Shown: positions 1 to 12,684 of the stretch, in pieces
Position numbering within the stretch: the first letter of the stretch is position 1
Layout of the letters: each line of letters starts with the position of its first letter
NCBI RefSeq assembly: GCF_009914755.1
Contig: NC_060932.1
Length of the DNA stretch: 64,000 nucleotides
Reading direction: 5' to 3' (one strand)
Origin: the human T2T-CHM13v2.0 reference genome, Homo sapiens
Made by a program: the position numbers and the translations under genes
The notes under the pieces: model-generated
Databases searched by the model: none
The model's input: the letters and a program-made list of their open reading frames with translations, nothing else
Told to the model about the DNA's origin: nothing

Positions 1-175
1 TTCAGCCCTTCATCGCAAACATTGCACTTGACTTAACAAAGACCAGAGAAATAAGAAGGGAGAGCCATCATCAACCCCCGGCTTATCTGACCACTGGCAG
101 AAGAAACAATATAATCATACAGCCTATGCAATATATTTTCATTGAATGAACTATGGCTGTTTAATGCCATTTATA

Positions 176-286
176 TATTCAACAGATATTTAATGAATGC
201 CTTCCAATATGCTGACATAATACTAAGTGTTTAGGATATGGTAACTTAACAAGACAGACACTGTTCCTATCCTCATGGAACTTACT
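176..286 (-). mobile_element. L2 LINE 3' fragment
   Basis: attcaacagatatttaatgaatgcc...cctcatggaacttac resembles the reverse complement of the L2 3' end; highly diverged. Confidence 0.55.
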
Positions 287-1400
287 TGTCTGTTCTTTAA
301 TCTCCCTAGAGACTAAATGTTCACCCATAAAAACACATTCTAAGCCCTAGTGTATTTCAGCTGAAAACTAGGTGCTATATTCGTAAGTGTTTTCAAGCAT
401 GATAGAAATAACTAAAGCAATCTAGTTGGTCAGGGCCAGTGGAATCCAAGTTAAGAAGTCCAGAAAATCTACGTTAGGAAGTCAGATGACCAGCAATCCT
501 ATCTGTGTTATTATGCCCCACAAAAATGGTAACAGGATCTTTGATACTTATGATCATGTCACAGGATTAAGACTGTCGATCCAAAATTATGGATGAATGT
601 TTTCAAAGAAGGTATCTCTAAAAGACCAGAAACTAACTTGTCCACAGGTAGAAGAGAGTTAAGGACCTGTGCCCATTGGAGGATGCAGGTTCAAGGATAC
701 CTAGAGAATGCAAGAGGAGCTTCATTCAAACATCCTCTAACCCATCTGGTGAGAAATATGTTCTCAAATCCTCGACAGAGGTAGGACCAAGAGATCATGA
801 CAAAGGTATAAAAACCCAAAAGAACTCTAGCTACTTAAGTCTTCCCAAAGAGCCACATCACATAGGAGAAAATTCCTGCTACTTGAGAAAGAACAAAACA
901 AAGCAACTCGCATGCATCTGGGATTATAAAATAATGACAATATTAACCACAATTACTGAATAAAAGCGTGAGTTACTAAAACCCATTGTAAAGTGACCAG
1001 GGTCACTGGGGCAGGGAGTAGAGAATTAGAGCCAAACACCTAGTGATTTTTTTCAACTTATATGATATGAGTTTCATTGGAAATGTATAGATCTTGAGAG
1101 AGTAGTATATCCCCCAAGTTAATCTAAATATAAACAGCCACTATTCAGATTTTTCACAAGGTAAACCTGAATCCAAAGAACCTACCTGCTCATGAAAGTC
1201 TGGAAGGTATCTTTAGGGCTCTTTGACTGGATCTGACTAGAAACAGATGAGATGGATGAGATAACTTCTACGTGTTTCAGGCGAAAGAGAGAGAGAGAGA
1301 AGACAAAATTTTACCAAAAGGTTGCATTATGAAGAGATTTATTTGGAAACATTCTAGCCTGGTTTTTATCTTGTTTAACCCAAGCTGGGTACTTTCTCCC

Positions 1401-1765
1401 TGATATGGGTTTGCTGCATCCCCACCCAAATCTCATCTTGAGGTGTAGCTCCCATAATCCCCATGTATTGTGGGAGGGACCCAATGGGAAGGAATTGAAT
1501 CATGGGGGCGGGTCTTTCCTGTGTTGTTCTCATGATAGTAAATAAGCCTCACAAGATCTGATGGTTTTATAAAGGGGAACTCTCCTGCACATGCCCTGTC
1601 TTGCCTGCTGCCATGTAAGACATGTCTTGCTTCCCCTTCACCTTCCGCCATGATTGTGAGGCCTCCCAAGCCATGTGGAATTGTGAGTCCATTAAATCTC
1701 TTTCCTTTATAAATTACCCAGTCTTGGGTATGTCTTTATTAGCAGCATGAGAACAGACTAATACA
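1401..1765 (+). mobile_element. THE1B (MaLR) solo LTR
   Basis: TGATATGG...GACTAATACA termini, colinear with THE1B consensus; perfect 5-bp TSD CTCCC (1396-1400 / 1766-1770). Confidence 0.93.
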
Positions 1766-2359
1766 CTCCCCAAAATTGTTTAACTAAAAAATAAGAGGCA
1801 ATACAAAGTCCTGTGAAACTTTTTTCCACTTCAGGAAAGAAACATAGTAACAAAGGAAAGCAATCTAATCTTTGTGCTTACATGATGAACAATTTCTTAA
1901 AAAGAGGGAAAGATATTGAAAGAAAGAGAAAGATGCAAAGGAGAACACTCGTTTCCATGGCCTGCATGTATCCAGCTTTATTCTCTCTCATGGCTTTCTT
2001 TGCTTAAGGCACTTCAGGTTGAAAGTAAAACCAAGACAACACAAATATTTATTATCTTTTGTGGTGACTTACTTCAAATAAACTCTGAAGACTATCACAT
2101 GTCCCTATGCCAGACTGGTGAATCACTTCAAATAGAACTTGCTAAATTCAACGGGCCACCATTAGACCGAGTACACTGAATTTTTCTCTAAATCCTATAT
2201 TAAAATCTCACCTTTAGACAAAATTCCACATTAACCTTATCATAGAAGTACATGGTCCAGGACACAGAGCAGATGTCAGTGCAGTCATGATCAGAGCCTC
2301 TGGCCAAGGCATTACAACCCCTCTCCCAGTCTTCTCCCAGACAACCTTGCACTAATTAC

Positions 2360-2940
2360 TTTTCCTTGGATTGCAAGCAACAGAAACCAATTTGGGCTAA
2401 AATATGCTGCAATAAAAAAGGAAATGGAATGTACTAGAAGGATATTGGGGTATCTCACAGAATTGAAGGAAGAGTTAAACAACCAAGTCACAGGAAAGGA
2501 GGGATCCAGATTAGCTCCCAGGCCCTGGGTTGTAGAAGTCTGGGATGCTTGTCTCTAAAGAGCTGCCAGAATGAGACGACACTTTGCAATCTTCACTTCT
2601 GTCCCTGCAGCCAGCATAGGTCAGTTGCCCATTGTTTATATCCCTGGCTACCACCACAAACATTTCAGAATCCTCATCCCCAGCAAACCCCACATCTCCT
2701 GTCATTTTCAAATTGCAAAACAAGTCATCAGAGATTTTCTTATTTTTAAGACCCCTGTGCAATTTTATCTCCTTCATCCACTGAACTGATAGAGCAGTCA
2801 TCTGTATGCTGGAGTGCCTGAAACCACATAGCTTCTGGAGGTGAGGCAGCCAAATAGCTCTTATTGGCAAAGAGTAAAAAGTCTCTTCCAGTGGTTGTGG
2901 GGCGGGGGGCAACTGAGTGACCCTCCTAAGCCACATGAGC
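2360..2940 (-). mobile_element. old MLT1 (MLT1N/O-like) LTR remnant
   Basis: ggattgcaagcaacagaaaccaa...gaaggatattggggtatctcacagaattgaagg resembles antisense ancient MLT1. Confidence 0.5.
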
Positions 2941-3044
2941 TTTGAACACCCCTGCCGGGCTATGCCTTATCATATAGCCAAACTTGCAGGTGCTCTTTAT
3001 TCGCTATGGAATTATGTGGGTTCACTAACATACCCATAATAACG

Positions 3045-3110
3045 TATTGTATTGTATTGTATTGTATTGTATTGTATTGTATTGTATTGTATTGTATTGT
3101 ATTGTATTGT
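3045..3110. repeat. (TATTG)n pentanucleotide microsatellite, ~13 units
   Basis: Directly visible; abuts the Alu tail. Confidence 0.97.
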
Positions 3111-3398
3111 TTGTTTTTGAGACAGGGTCTCACTCTGTTATCCAGGCTGGCATGCAGTCATATGATCAGAGCTCACTACAGACTTGAACTCCTGGGCTTA
3201 AGCGATCCTCCCACCTCAGCCTCCTGGGTAGCTAGGACTACAGGTGCACACCACCATACCCAGATAATTCATTTTTCGTAGAGATGGGGTCTTTCTATGT
3301 TGCATCAGGCAGGTCTTGATTTCCCAGGCTCAAGTGATCTTCCCACCTTGGCCTCCCAAAGTGCTAGGACTATAACTATGAGCCGCTGGTGCCCGGCC
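3111..3398 (-). mobile_element. AluJ
   Basis: Antisense dimeric Alu with J-type features (gagacagggtctcactctg, ctcctgggcttaagcgatcctccc), ending gcccggcc. Confidence 0.92.
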
Positions 3399-3449
3399 AC
3401 TATTGTATTGTTAAAAAATATTTCCCCACTGATGTGACCTTATTGGCGC

Positions 3450-3493
3450 GGCCTTTTTTTGTTCCACACGGCAAGGCCTTTTTTTGTTCCACA
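3450..3493. repeat. 19-bp perfect direct repeat GGCCTTTTTTTGTTCCACA x2
   Basis: Copies at 3450-3468 and 3475-3493 with a 6-bp spacer. Confidence 0.9.
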
Positions 3494-4082
3494 TCCCAGC
3501 CCTCCATGAGGCTAGGGTTGAGAAGACGGCTATGGCTCAGAGGACTCAACTCCAGATAGAAGAACAGGTGAAAAGAAACTCCACTTTTTCCAGCCCAGGA
3601 GGGTGTTGGTGGGAGGGAGAGACAGGAAAAGGAGCCTAGAGGAGGGGCAATTCAAACGTGACCTGTCTCACCCCCGATGGCACCCTGGTTAGTAAAGGCA
3701 AAAAGCAGAAGCAGAGAAGATTTCCTGCTTGTTTCCTGTTTAAGACTTCGAGAGGAAGCTGCCCCATGGGGTAACAACATGGGGAAAGGCCTGCTTTAGT
3801 TCTCATGGCTGCCCTCAGCTGCTGTGCCCTGTGGAGTTAGCCAGAAGTTAGCAGATGGTGCTGTCTGATAAGCTTTTGGAGAGGAGTGCTAGGAAGATGA
3901 GCAGGCCAGGGACTGAAGGGGAGGGAAGGCAAACCTCAGGAGAAGAGCGAGTGGGGCAGTGGGCCTGCATCAGCAGCGGGGAGCCCCAGGCCCTGACCAG
4001 CCAAGGGAACAGACTGTGAGTTCAGCTGACGGTGCCAGAGGGCACCATTGCTGCAGAGGCAGGCACAGGGGTGCATGCTTGG

Positions 4083-4083
<1 letters not shown>

Positions 4084-4116
<33 letters not shown>
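4084..4116. repeat. (CA)n microsatellite
   Basis: About 16 CA units, directly visible. Confidence 0.97.
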
Positions 4117-4120
<4 letters not shown>

Positions 4121-4358
4121 CTGATTGGATCCTGCCTAACTTTACAGCCTGGTCCCCAGCCCACTGACCACCAGAGGCTCATGGTACAATATGCTTCGGC
4201 CACAACAGAACGCTTGGCCACTTGCAGTTTCCCAAGCGTGACAATCTGGTCTGTACTCCCATGCCCCTGCACTGCAGTGGTGCCTTGTGTATCCTTTATT
4301 CTCTTGTCCTCATGATAAACTCAATTTAACAAGACCTAACCTACTATTGACCGAATAT

Positions 4359-4535
4359 ATGTGAGGAGACAAGGAGAAGACAGCCATCTGCAAGCCAGAA
4401 GGTGGGCCCCCAGCAGACAATGGATCTGTTGGTGCCTTGATCCTGGACTTTCCAGCATCCAGAACTGTGAGAAATAAATGTTTACTGGTTAAGCCACCCA
4501 GTCTATAGTAATTTGGTGTAGCAGCTCGAATGAAT
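4359..4535 (+). mobile_element. MLT1 (MLT1A/B/C-like) LTR 3' part
   Basis: gccatctgcaagcca...ttgatcctggactttccagcatccagaactgtgagaaataaatg...aagccacccagtct is typical MLT1 3' half. Confidence 0.8.
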
Positions 4536-4859
4536 CACGACCTAACCTTGGCCTGTGCATCTGTGAAGACTCCTGGTCCTGCAGGCACTGAGGTATTGAT
4601 TTCTCACATCTCTGTATTTTCACTGTAGCTTGTATGTCTCTACAGTAGAACTCATCAGGTTTGGATTTGGGTCTTTACTCCCCACCAGGCTGAAAACCTC
4701 ATATTATTCATCTCTGCATTTCCAGCTCTGAGCACAGCACCTAGTAAAGAGTAGACACTCATTAGGTGTTTACTAAGTGAATTTATAAAATGTGACACGA
4801 TAGAATCAGTTTAACTTCTGTTAAAAAAAAAAAAAAGTCCAAAAACTGCTTTTGTTAAG

Positions 4860-5075
4860 ACTCACTTTATGCCAGGCACTGCACTATGTAGTTTTATATA
4901 AATGATCTCATTTCATCCTCACCCAACCCTGCAGAGTAAATGTTATCATTGTCCGTGCACAAATGTGTAATGCAAGGTTCAAGGAAGATGAGGAACTCAC
5001 CCAAGATCAAATAACTAGAAAGTGAGGGGCCAAACTGAGAATCCATGTCTTCCAACTCAGACAGGACTCTTTTCA
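4860..5075 (-). mobile_element. MIR SINE
   Basis: tatgccaggcactg...ctcatttcatcctcac...cccaagatcaaataactagaaagtg matches antisense MIR core. Confidence 0.7.
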
Positions 5076-6349
5076 CAATGCCAGAGTTTCTAAGGAACTT
5101 TCTTACAATGTATTCTATTCCTTGTAGAGAGGTTCATATGCAGTAAAAAATGACATCGTTTAAACCATGGTTTATGCCTTATCATTAACAGCTCTTCCTA
5201 TGTTGTAATTTAACAGTATCAATTCACATTAATCACTTAAATCTTCTACCTGATGGGGTAAAGGCCAGACTGGAAGACATGGTGCTAATATCCCCACTTC
5301 ATCACAGGCAGCTGATACAATGTAACAGTTGTTGTGTCAACGTGTGACTATGTTCAAAAGAGGAATAAATATGTTCAAAAGCCAACAGGGAGGCAGCAGT
5401 TACATGGAATAAGGATGGGAGTGTGACTTTAGCAAAACCAAGTGAAGTGTTTTAATGATGGATACATTTTTAAATGAGATGAGCTTCTCCCAGGCCCTAC
5501 TGGGTGTTTCCTGGAACTATCATGGTGAGTTATAGGTTTGACAAAGCTTTTCCCCACAACTTTGAGGCATTAGGAGGTTGTCAGAAAATTCACGCTTGCA
5601 GTGGAGATCCGTTTTTGAAGTTGTACAGGATTCCCAATTAATGAGTTTTCACATTATTCTTTTATGGCTGGATGCATCTGGATGAGGCTCAAGCACAAAG
5701 GGACCCTGGCTTGCGTATCATTAATTCTGACTTCCAGAGACATTTCTGGTCTCACAGTCACCTACTCCTTTTGCCTTTGTATTTGGAGACTTCATAAATT
5801 CAATTAATAAGCTGATTAGCAAAATCTTTAATTCTTCTCAAGTAGCTTTCTTCATTACCGCACATGCGTCAAATTCTCTAAGCAGAGATATAAAGCATTT
5901 GGGTTGTCTGTCCGTAATAAGCTCTGCTGGACAAATGTCCATGTGCCAAGCCGTGGGCAGACATGGAATTGTAGAATAGATCATAAGTTCTGAAAATAAT
6001 TTTCTTGGTAGTAAAAAACCCTCAAAAGAGAAAGACAATTGGTTAATATATAATACTCAAAGGATCAGCTTAGTATATGACATATAGTGGATGCTTTAAA
6101 AATATTCTTCAAATAAATAGTGCTGTTAATACACTCTCTACCATGACATCAATTGCAGTATTCTATTTGCTATCAAGTCCCTATAGGAGGTAGATAATAG
6201 AGAATAGTTTTACTTTTGCTCAGAATAATGTTTAAAATTGCCTAAAAGTACCAAGCATAATATAACAAATACTCATATTCCAACTACTCACAATTAATCA
6301 GTGTTAATAGTTTGTCACATTTAATATTTTTAATAAAAGAAATAATGAT

Positions 6350-6527
6350 AACTAACATTTATTGAGGATTAACCATGTACTGGCAGTATTCCAATTGCTT
6401 TACATACATTAATTTGATTAAATCTTACAAAACCCTATGAGACAGGTTGTTATTATCTCAATTTTACAGAAAGGAATCTGAGGTATAGAATTTTAGGCAT
6501 GTGCCAAGTCACACAGCTTTAAGAGGC
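6350..6527 (-). mobile_element. MIR SINE, continuing at ~7502-7550 beyond nested insertions
   Basis: taacatttattgag...cctatgagacagg...attttacaga...ccaagtcacacagc; resumes as agagctggcattcaggccagg. Confidence 0.7.
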
Positions 6528-7501
6528 TATATTAGTCAGCTAGGGCTGCCATAACAAAATACCACAGACTTTGTTACACAACAGAATTTATCTTCTCACA
6601 ATCTGGAGGCTAGAAGTTTGAGATCAAGGTGTCAGCTGGGTTGGCTAGTTCCAAGGCCTCTCTCTTTGGTGAATAGACGGCCATCTTCTCCCCATGACTT
6701 CATATCTCCTTCTCTCTGTGCGTGTCCGCTTCCCAACCTTCCCTTCTTGTAAGGACTCCAGCCATATTGAAGTAAGGCCCAACTTAATGACTTCATTCTA
6801 ACTTAAGTAGAGCTTATTTGCAATAGCCAAGATATGGAAACAATCTAAATACCCATTGACTGATGAAAAAGAAATTATGAGATATGTATGTAATGGAATA
6901 TGATTCCACCTTGTAAAAAAAAAAAAAAAAAAAGGAGATTCCATCATTTGCCACAACATGGATGAACCTGGAAGGCATTATGCTTAGTGAAACAAGCCAG
7001 ACACAGAAAGAAAAATAATGACTTCACTTCTATGTGGAATCTGAAAAAGTCAAATACGTAGAAACAGAGAATAGAACAATGATACCAGGTGGAGAAGGTA
7101 GGGAAATGAGGAGTTGTTGATTAAAGGGTAGAAAGCTGCATTTATATAGGATGATTAAGGCTTGACATCTAATGTACAGCATGAGGACTATTGTTAGGCA
7201 ATACCATATTGTATACTTGAAATTTGCTGAGAAGGTATATTTCACGTGATCTCACCACCCCCACCCCCACTCCATGCACACACAGACAGGCAGTTACTAT
7301 GTGAGGAGATGGATATGTTAGTTTGCTTGCCTGTAGTAATCACTTCACTATGAATATGTATATCAAAACACCATATTGTAAACCTTAGATTTATACAATT
7401 TTTTAAAGGTTTTTGAAAATGTATCTCCATACACAGTCATATTCTGAGGCGCTGGGGACTTCAACATACGAATTTTGAAGGACACAATTCAACCCATAAC
7501 A
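6528..7501 (-). mobile_element. MLT1A/B-like LTR interrupted by an L1MA fragment
   Basis: Starts tatattagtcagctagggctgccataacaaaataccacagac; ends gacacaattcaacccataaca. Confidence 0.82.
6812..7405 (+). mobile_element. L1MA 3' end fragment nested in MLT1
   Basis: ttatttgcaatagccaagatatggaaacaatctaaa...acaacatggatgaacctggaaggcattatgct...tacttgaaatttgctgag. Confidence 0.85.
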
Positions 7502-8024
7502 AGAGTAGAGCTGGCATTCAGGCCAGGAAGCTGAGACCCAAAGCCATGCCCCCGTCCATGACATGTGCCTCTGATAACAGTAACATCCTCACAACCCGCT
7601 TTCTCAAACCCAAGTTCCCTACCTGCTCTTCACAGAGGCAATCTCTTCCTAAGGAGGCAACACCATCACAAAGTTGGTGTTTCTTTTTAAAGTTACCCTA
7701 CATAAACCTACATAACATGCATGTTTAATGTTATTTTTTCAACAAAGTATTAAGTTTAAAACATCTCCACCCTGCTCCCAAACAAACATGCATCTTAAAA
7801 TGTCTCTACTTCTGTCCAAATAACATTATATGCTCAAACCTTTCATGTTACTGGTATCTAGTATCTTAACCATCATTTTAATATTTTAACACCCCCCTCC
7901 AAACTAGCGAATAGTGCCACTATTTATTAGCCAATATACATTTAGGATTGCCAGTATGTTTGATTGGTTTCTTTGCTCACAATCTCTTACTGCATTTGGG
8001 TTCATTTTCTCTCTTTCTGAAGTA

Positions 8025-8543
8025 TCTAACCACAAAACCAGTTCAAGTCTGGTTCAACTTTGTCAGTAACATGATGTGACAAAATGATGAGTTGTTTTTC
8101 AGTGGAAAGGACCCTCAGGTTGCAGGTCATGAAAACTGTGCATGCCCAGATGAACCAAGCATGCCCCATTTGTGACCCAGGAGCCAGCCAGAACAAAGAA
8201 GTCAATCACATGCAGAACCTAAGTGCTCAGATCATGGCAGAGGGATGGAATTAAGGAGCAAGGAGTGCCCTGTTTTGTTGCAGAGCCGAATTAAAAATGA
8301 AGGACCCAGCATCACCTCTTTGCATGACCCAATCAGATCATGACTCATCGTATTTTTCTCTCTCTCATCGTTACCCTCTGCCTATGAAATCTTCTCCTAG
8401 GCTCCAGTGCAGGCAGACAGATTTGAACATCACCTCCTGTCTCCCTGCCAGTCAGCTCTCAATAAAGCCTTCTTTTCTCAAAAGCCAGTGCTATAATATT
8501 GGCTTCTATGTGCACCAGACATACAGCCCATTGCTCAGTAACC
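8025..8543 (+). mobile_element. ERV1 (MER4-group) solo LTR
   Basis: CCAAT, TATA-like cctatgaaa, AATAAA at 8461, gcagatttga...ctcctgtctcc R motif, ends gtaac; 3' part resembles the LTR at 32602. Confidence 0.72.
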
Positions 8544-8820
8544 TCTGCCTGACCGTTTTATTCATGTCTGGAAGTGGGAATGTGCTTTGTTTATGTACAT
8601 CTGGAAATGTCTTTGTCACTCTTACATGATATTACTTTAGTTTCAAGTTATTTTCCCTCATTGCTTTGGGGTAGGATTTCATTATTTTCTAGTATCTATT
8701 GTTCCTGGCAATTAATTCCTGTATTTTGAATTGTCACTTGTTTCCAAGATCAAAGCAACTTGCCTTTTCTCTCTGGCATATTGAAATTTTTTTTCCTTTT
8801 TTTTTTAAGAGTTCTATAAT

Positions 8821-9034
8821 CCCAACCTAAAAAAATTAATTACATATTTAATCCCTTTCTTTGATTGTAATTAAATCTGTGAAACAATATATCTTACTCT
8901 CTTAAATATTTTAAACATGTCTCCAAACAAACCAAACATGAAAAATATCACAATGATTACAAAATATCAGTGATTACAAAACATGTAAAAACTTACACTA
9001 AAAGTGTTTATGAAAGTTCTAATACCATAAAAAA
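8821..9034 (+). other. orphan retrotransposed insert with short poly(A) and 14-bp TSD
   Basis: AAGAGTTCTATAAT at 8807-8820 and 9035-9048; A-run before the right copy; T-run before the left copy. Confidence 0.75.
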
Positions 9035-10236
9035 AAGAGTTCTATAATTTCACTATGATGTGTCTAGATGTGGATTTGTTTCTATCTACCTTGCTTGACA
9101 TACCTCTTTTTCCATTTTAGAAAACTCTCAGTCATTACCTCCTCAAATATTGCCTTTCTCTTTTTTATTTTACATTCTAAATGTCCTAATATAAAATGTT
9201 GTATTTTGCATTCTATCTTCTATAACTTCTATGTCTCTTAACATCTTCATTTTATACAACTCCTTATCTCTCAGTAGAGATTTCCTCAACTTTGTCATCT
9301 ACTTTACTTCACCAGTCCTTTCCTTTCCTGTATCTAGGCTATTGTTTAACTTATGCAATGATGGTATATTCTTTTGTTGCTATTGTTTTGATAAGTTTTT
9401 TCATTTATAGAACTTCTACTTTTTTCATGTCTGTTGTTTGTAATTTCAGTTCTTAACTTATGAATTCTATTATTTCCCATATCTTTTCGAAAATTTTAAA
9501 TGTGTTCTCTTTCATGTTGTCTTGTCATTTGTATTTCCTTGAATGTGACCATCTATTGCATCTTTAGACTATCTCTCATGATATTAGCTTCCCCTGTGTG
9601 CTAAGATTTGTTTCTTTCTGTGAATTCATCACATTTGGTGGCACTTATCTTCTGCAAGGATTAAGTACTTGTCACGGATTGTAGAGATTGTCTCACAATT
9701 TTCTCTGCTATGACTCGTGTTCCGGAGATGTTGCTTGTATTTCTGGATCAAGCCATGGGTGAACTCTGGCCCACATCCTAATGCTACAGGGGTCTCAGTG
9801 TTCCAGAGCTGACTAAATTCTACCCAGTCTGAGCTGAGCAGGCAGCTTCTGGTGTATACGGGGAGCTGTGTTCAAGCTCTAATGCTGCATGCAGGATTCA
9901 TAGCCTGATTTCTCAGCCCTACATCAACTTTCCAAGTACATATCCAATTTGACTTTCCTGGTAAGCCACGCAGCCTCAATTCCTTCTGAATGTTATTGGT
10001 TCCCTCATCATTTCTGCCACCCAGAAACTTGTTTTGAATTCTGCATTATTATTATTATATTATTATGTCTAGAATGAAAGGAGGACTTCCTATGTCAGTT
10101 CGGATCACTGCCTAGTTACTAAAGTCATCCAAATTGTATCATTAGAGAACACACAAGTACAGAGCCATCATGTAACAGTCATACAAAGTAGAAAGTGAAA
10201 AGGAAAAGAGAAACATTCAAGAACTTCTAAAAACAA

Positions 10237-10654
<418 letters not shown>

Positions 10655-10712
10655 TCAGGCACGAAGCTATACATTTACTGAAAAAGAGATAAATAAAAAC
10701 AGGTTTCAGCTA

Positions 10713-10920
<208 letters not shown>

Positions 10921-11062
10921 AAAATTTTAGAAAGAATATAAATTTGTGATATTAGAATAACAAAAGACTTAGAAATGAATTTTGCTTCAAAACTGGGATA
11001 AAATGTCACATATTCTACAACATGGCTATAAATACTAAAGGAGTTATAAATCATTTTGCTCT

Positions 11063-11068
<6 letters not shown>

Positions 11069-11094
<26 letters not shown>
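11069..11094. repeat. (TG)n microsatellite
   Basis: Directly visible. Confidence 0.95.
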
Positions 11095-11134
11095 AGAAGT
11101 AACATCATAGCATATTCAGAACACTACGAAACAA

Positions 11135-11250
11135 TTTGTTCTTTCAGCAAATATTTATTGAACTCCTCTGAGGTGCTCAGCATTGCACACACCCTGGAGG
11201 CCCAGAGCACAAGACAAAATCTCTGTCCCGACAAAGCATACAATCTAACA
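11135..11250 (-). mobile_element. L2 3' fragment
   Basis: ttcagcaaatatttattgaactcc... Confidence 0.6.
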
Positions 11251-12074
11251 ATACAAGATCACCTATGATTAAACCCCGATATCAGTCCCACTGACAAATT
11301 TGTGCCATGAGACTCTCCAGGAAGGAAGCTCAATAGCTATTTTCTTAGAAGACCAAGACTTTGGAAGAACTTCTATGTACCAGAAAATTCCTAAACCCCC
11401 ATTTTCAGAGAATAAAATAAGCACTTTCTTCCAAGGCACAAATTCTTTCAAAAATCCTCACTGCCCAGCAGTCTGTGATGTGCCAACATCCATTTCAAAG
11501 AGCTTTCTTAATAAAGCTCATAACACTGTAGTAAAATGCTTTCCCAGATGCGACAAGAACAACGAAGTCCGAAACCTTATTCAAGTAGTCATTTTTAAAG
11601 TAGCAGACAGATTATCTGCTGTATGCCTTGTGTTCACAGAGAAGCTGTACTAAGAACACAAGGTACAGTAAAGCAATGCATATCCCCAAAATGGTAATGA
11701 AGTGCAGCCAAAATAGAGATAATTATTTTAATTAATGGTAATGATTTTAACGGTTGAACATTTTAACTAATTAATTATGATTGATTGCTTGTTACTAATC
11801 AAGGAATATGATTCAAAGTTGTAATTGAAAAACCAGGAGCAATAGGTTCCGCAGAGAGCATATCACAACCCTACTGAGATCAGAGGCATTATTTTTGCCT
11901 TGAAAATTGCATTCTGGATTATTCCAGTCCTTTTTCTTTAATATATTCCTTTTGATAAACTAGTAGGGCATTGTGTTTTATTTGGTATTTAGAATCTTTT
12001 ACCAGAAACAGGAACAAAACATGAAATGTGAATATAGTTGGAGAAATATATACATTATTTTTAGAGTTACAGCT

Positions 12075-12376
12075 TTTGTTTAAGAGACGGGGTCTTGCTC
12101 TGTTGCCCAGGCTGGGAGTTCAGTGACACAATCATGGCTTGCTGCAGCCTCAAACTCCTAGGCTCAAGTGATCCTCTAATCTTAGCCTCATGAGTAGTTG
12201 AGACTACAGGCACACACCACTATTCCACACCAGTTTTTTGTTTTTTTTGTTTTTTTAATAGAGGCAGAGTCTCATTACGCTGCCCATGCTGGTCTCAACC
12301 TCCTGGCCTCAAGCAATCCTTCCACCTCTGCCTCCTGAGGAGCTGAGATTATAGGTGTGAGCCACCGCACCCAGCC
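12075..12376 (-). mobile_element. AluJ
   Basis: Antisense dimeric Alu with gcagcctcaaactcctaggctcaagtgatcctc. Confidence 0.9.
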
Positions 12377-12684
12377 CAGCTATGACTTTTAATGCAACAT
12401 TATTCATTTAAATTTTATTCTTATTCTTCTTCAAGTCTAAGCTTTCTTTCTTTAGATAAAGTCTTTAGATATAAGAAACTACTCAATTACACTGTTTGAA
12501 CAATATGAAACTTTTTACTTTCGTAAGCATATTGACTGAGAATTTGTTTTTCACAAAGTTTATATTTGGTATTTTGGACACTGGATTTTTAGGCCTTTTA
12601 AAAATATCATGAAGAGAACACCCAAGACTAGTGATAAGCTTCTTCTCACTCTTTATTCTTCTAATGGTTTTATCGAATAGAGGC

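Larger units (their letters stand above)
7700..9650 (-). mobile_element. old L1M fragments hosting an LTR and an orphan insert
   Basis: T-rich antisense L1 ORF1-region motifs such as tttcaagttattttccctca and tttcactatgatgtgtctagatgtggattt. Confidence 0.6.

Noticed and set aside
631-790. Candidate exon 648-780 with branch-like ACTAAC
   Set aside because: Branch point too close to the AG, poor pyrimidine tract and no coding signal
1492-1502. DUX4 site in THE1B
   Set aside because: Reads GAATTGAATCA; the first TAAT half-site is mutated
1662-1674. PRDM9 hotspot motif position in THE1B
   Set aside because: Sequence is CCTCCCAAGCCAT, which mismatches CCNCCNTNNCCNC at positions 7 and 13
2511-2936. 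141-aa minus-strand ORF
   Set aside because: Overlaps a probable MLT1 remnant and has no known motif
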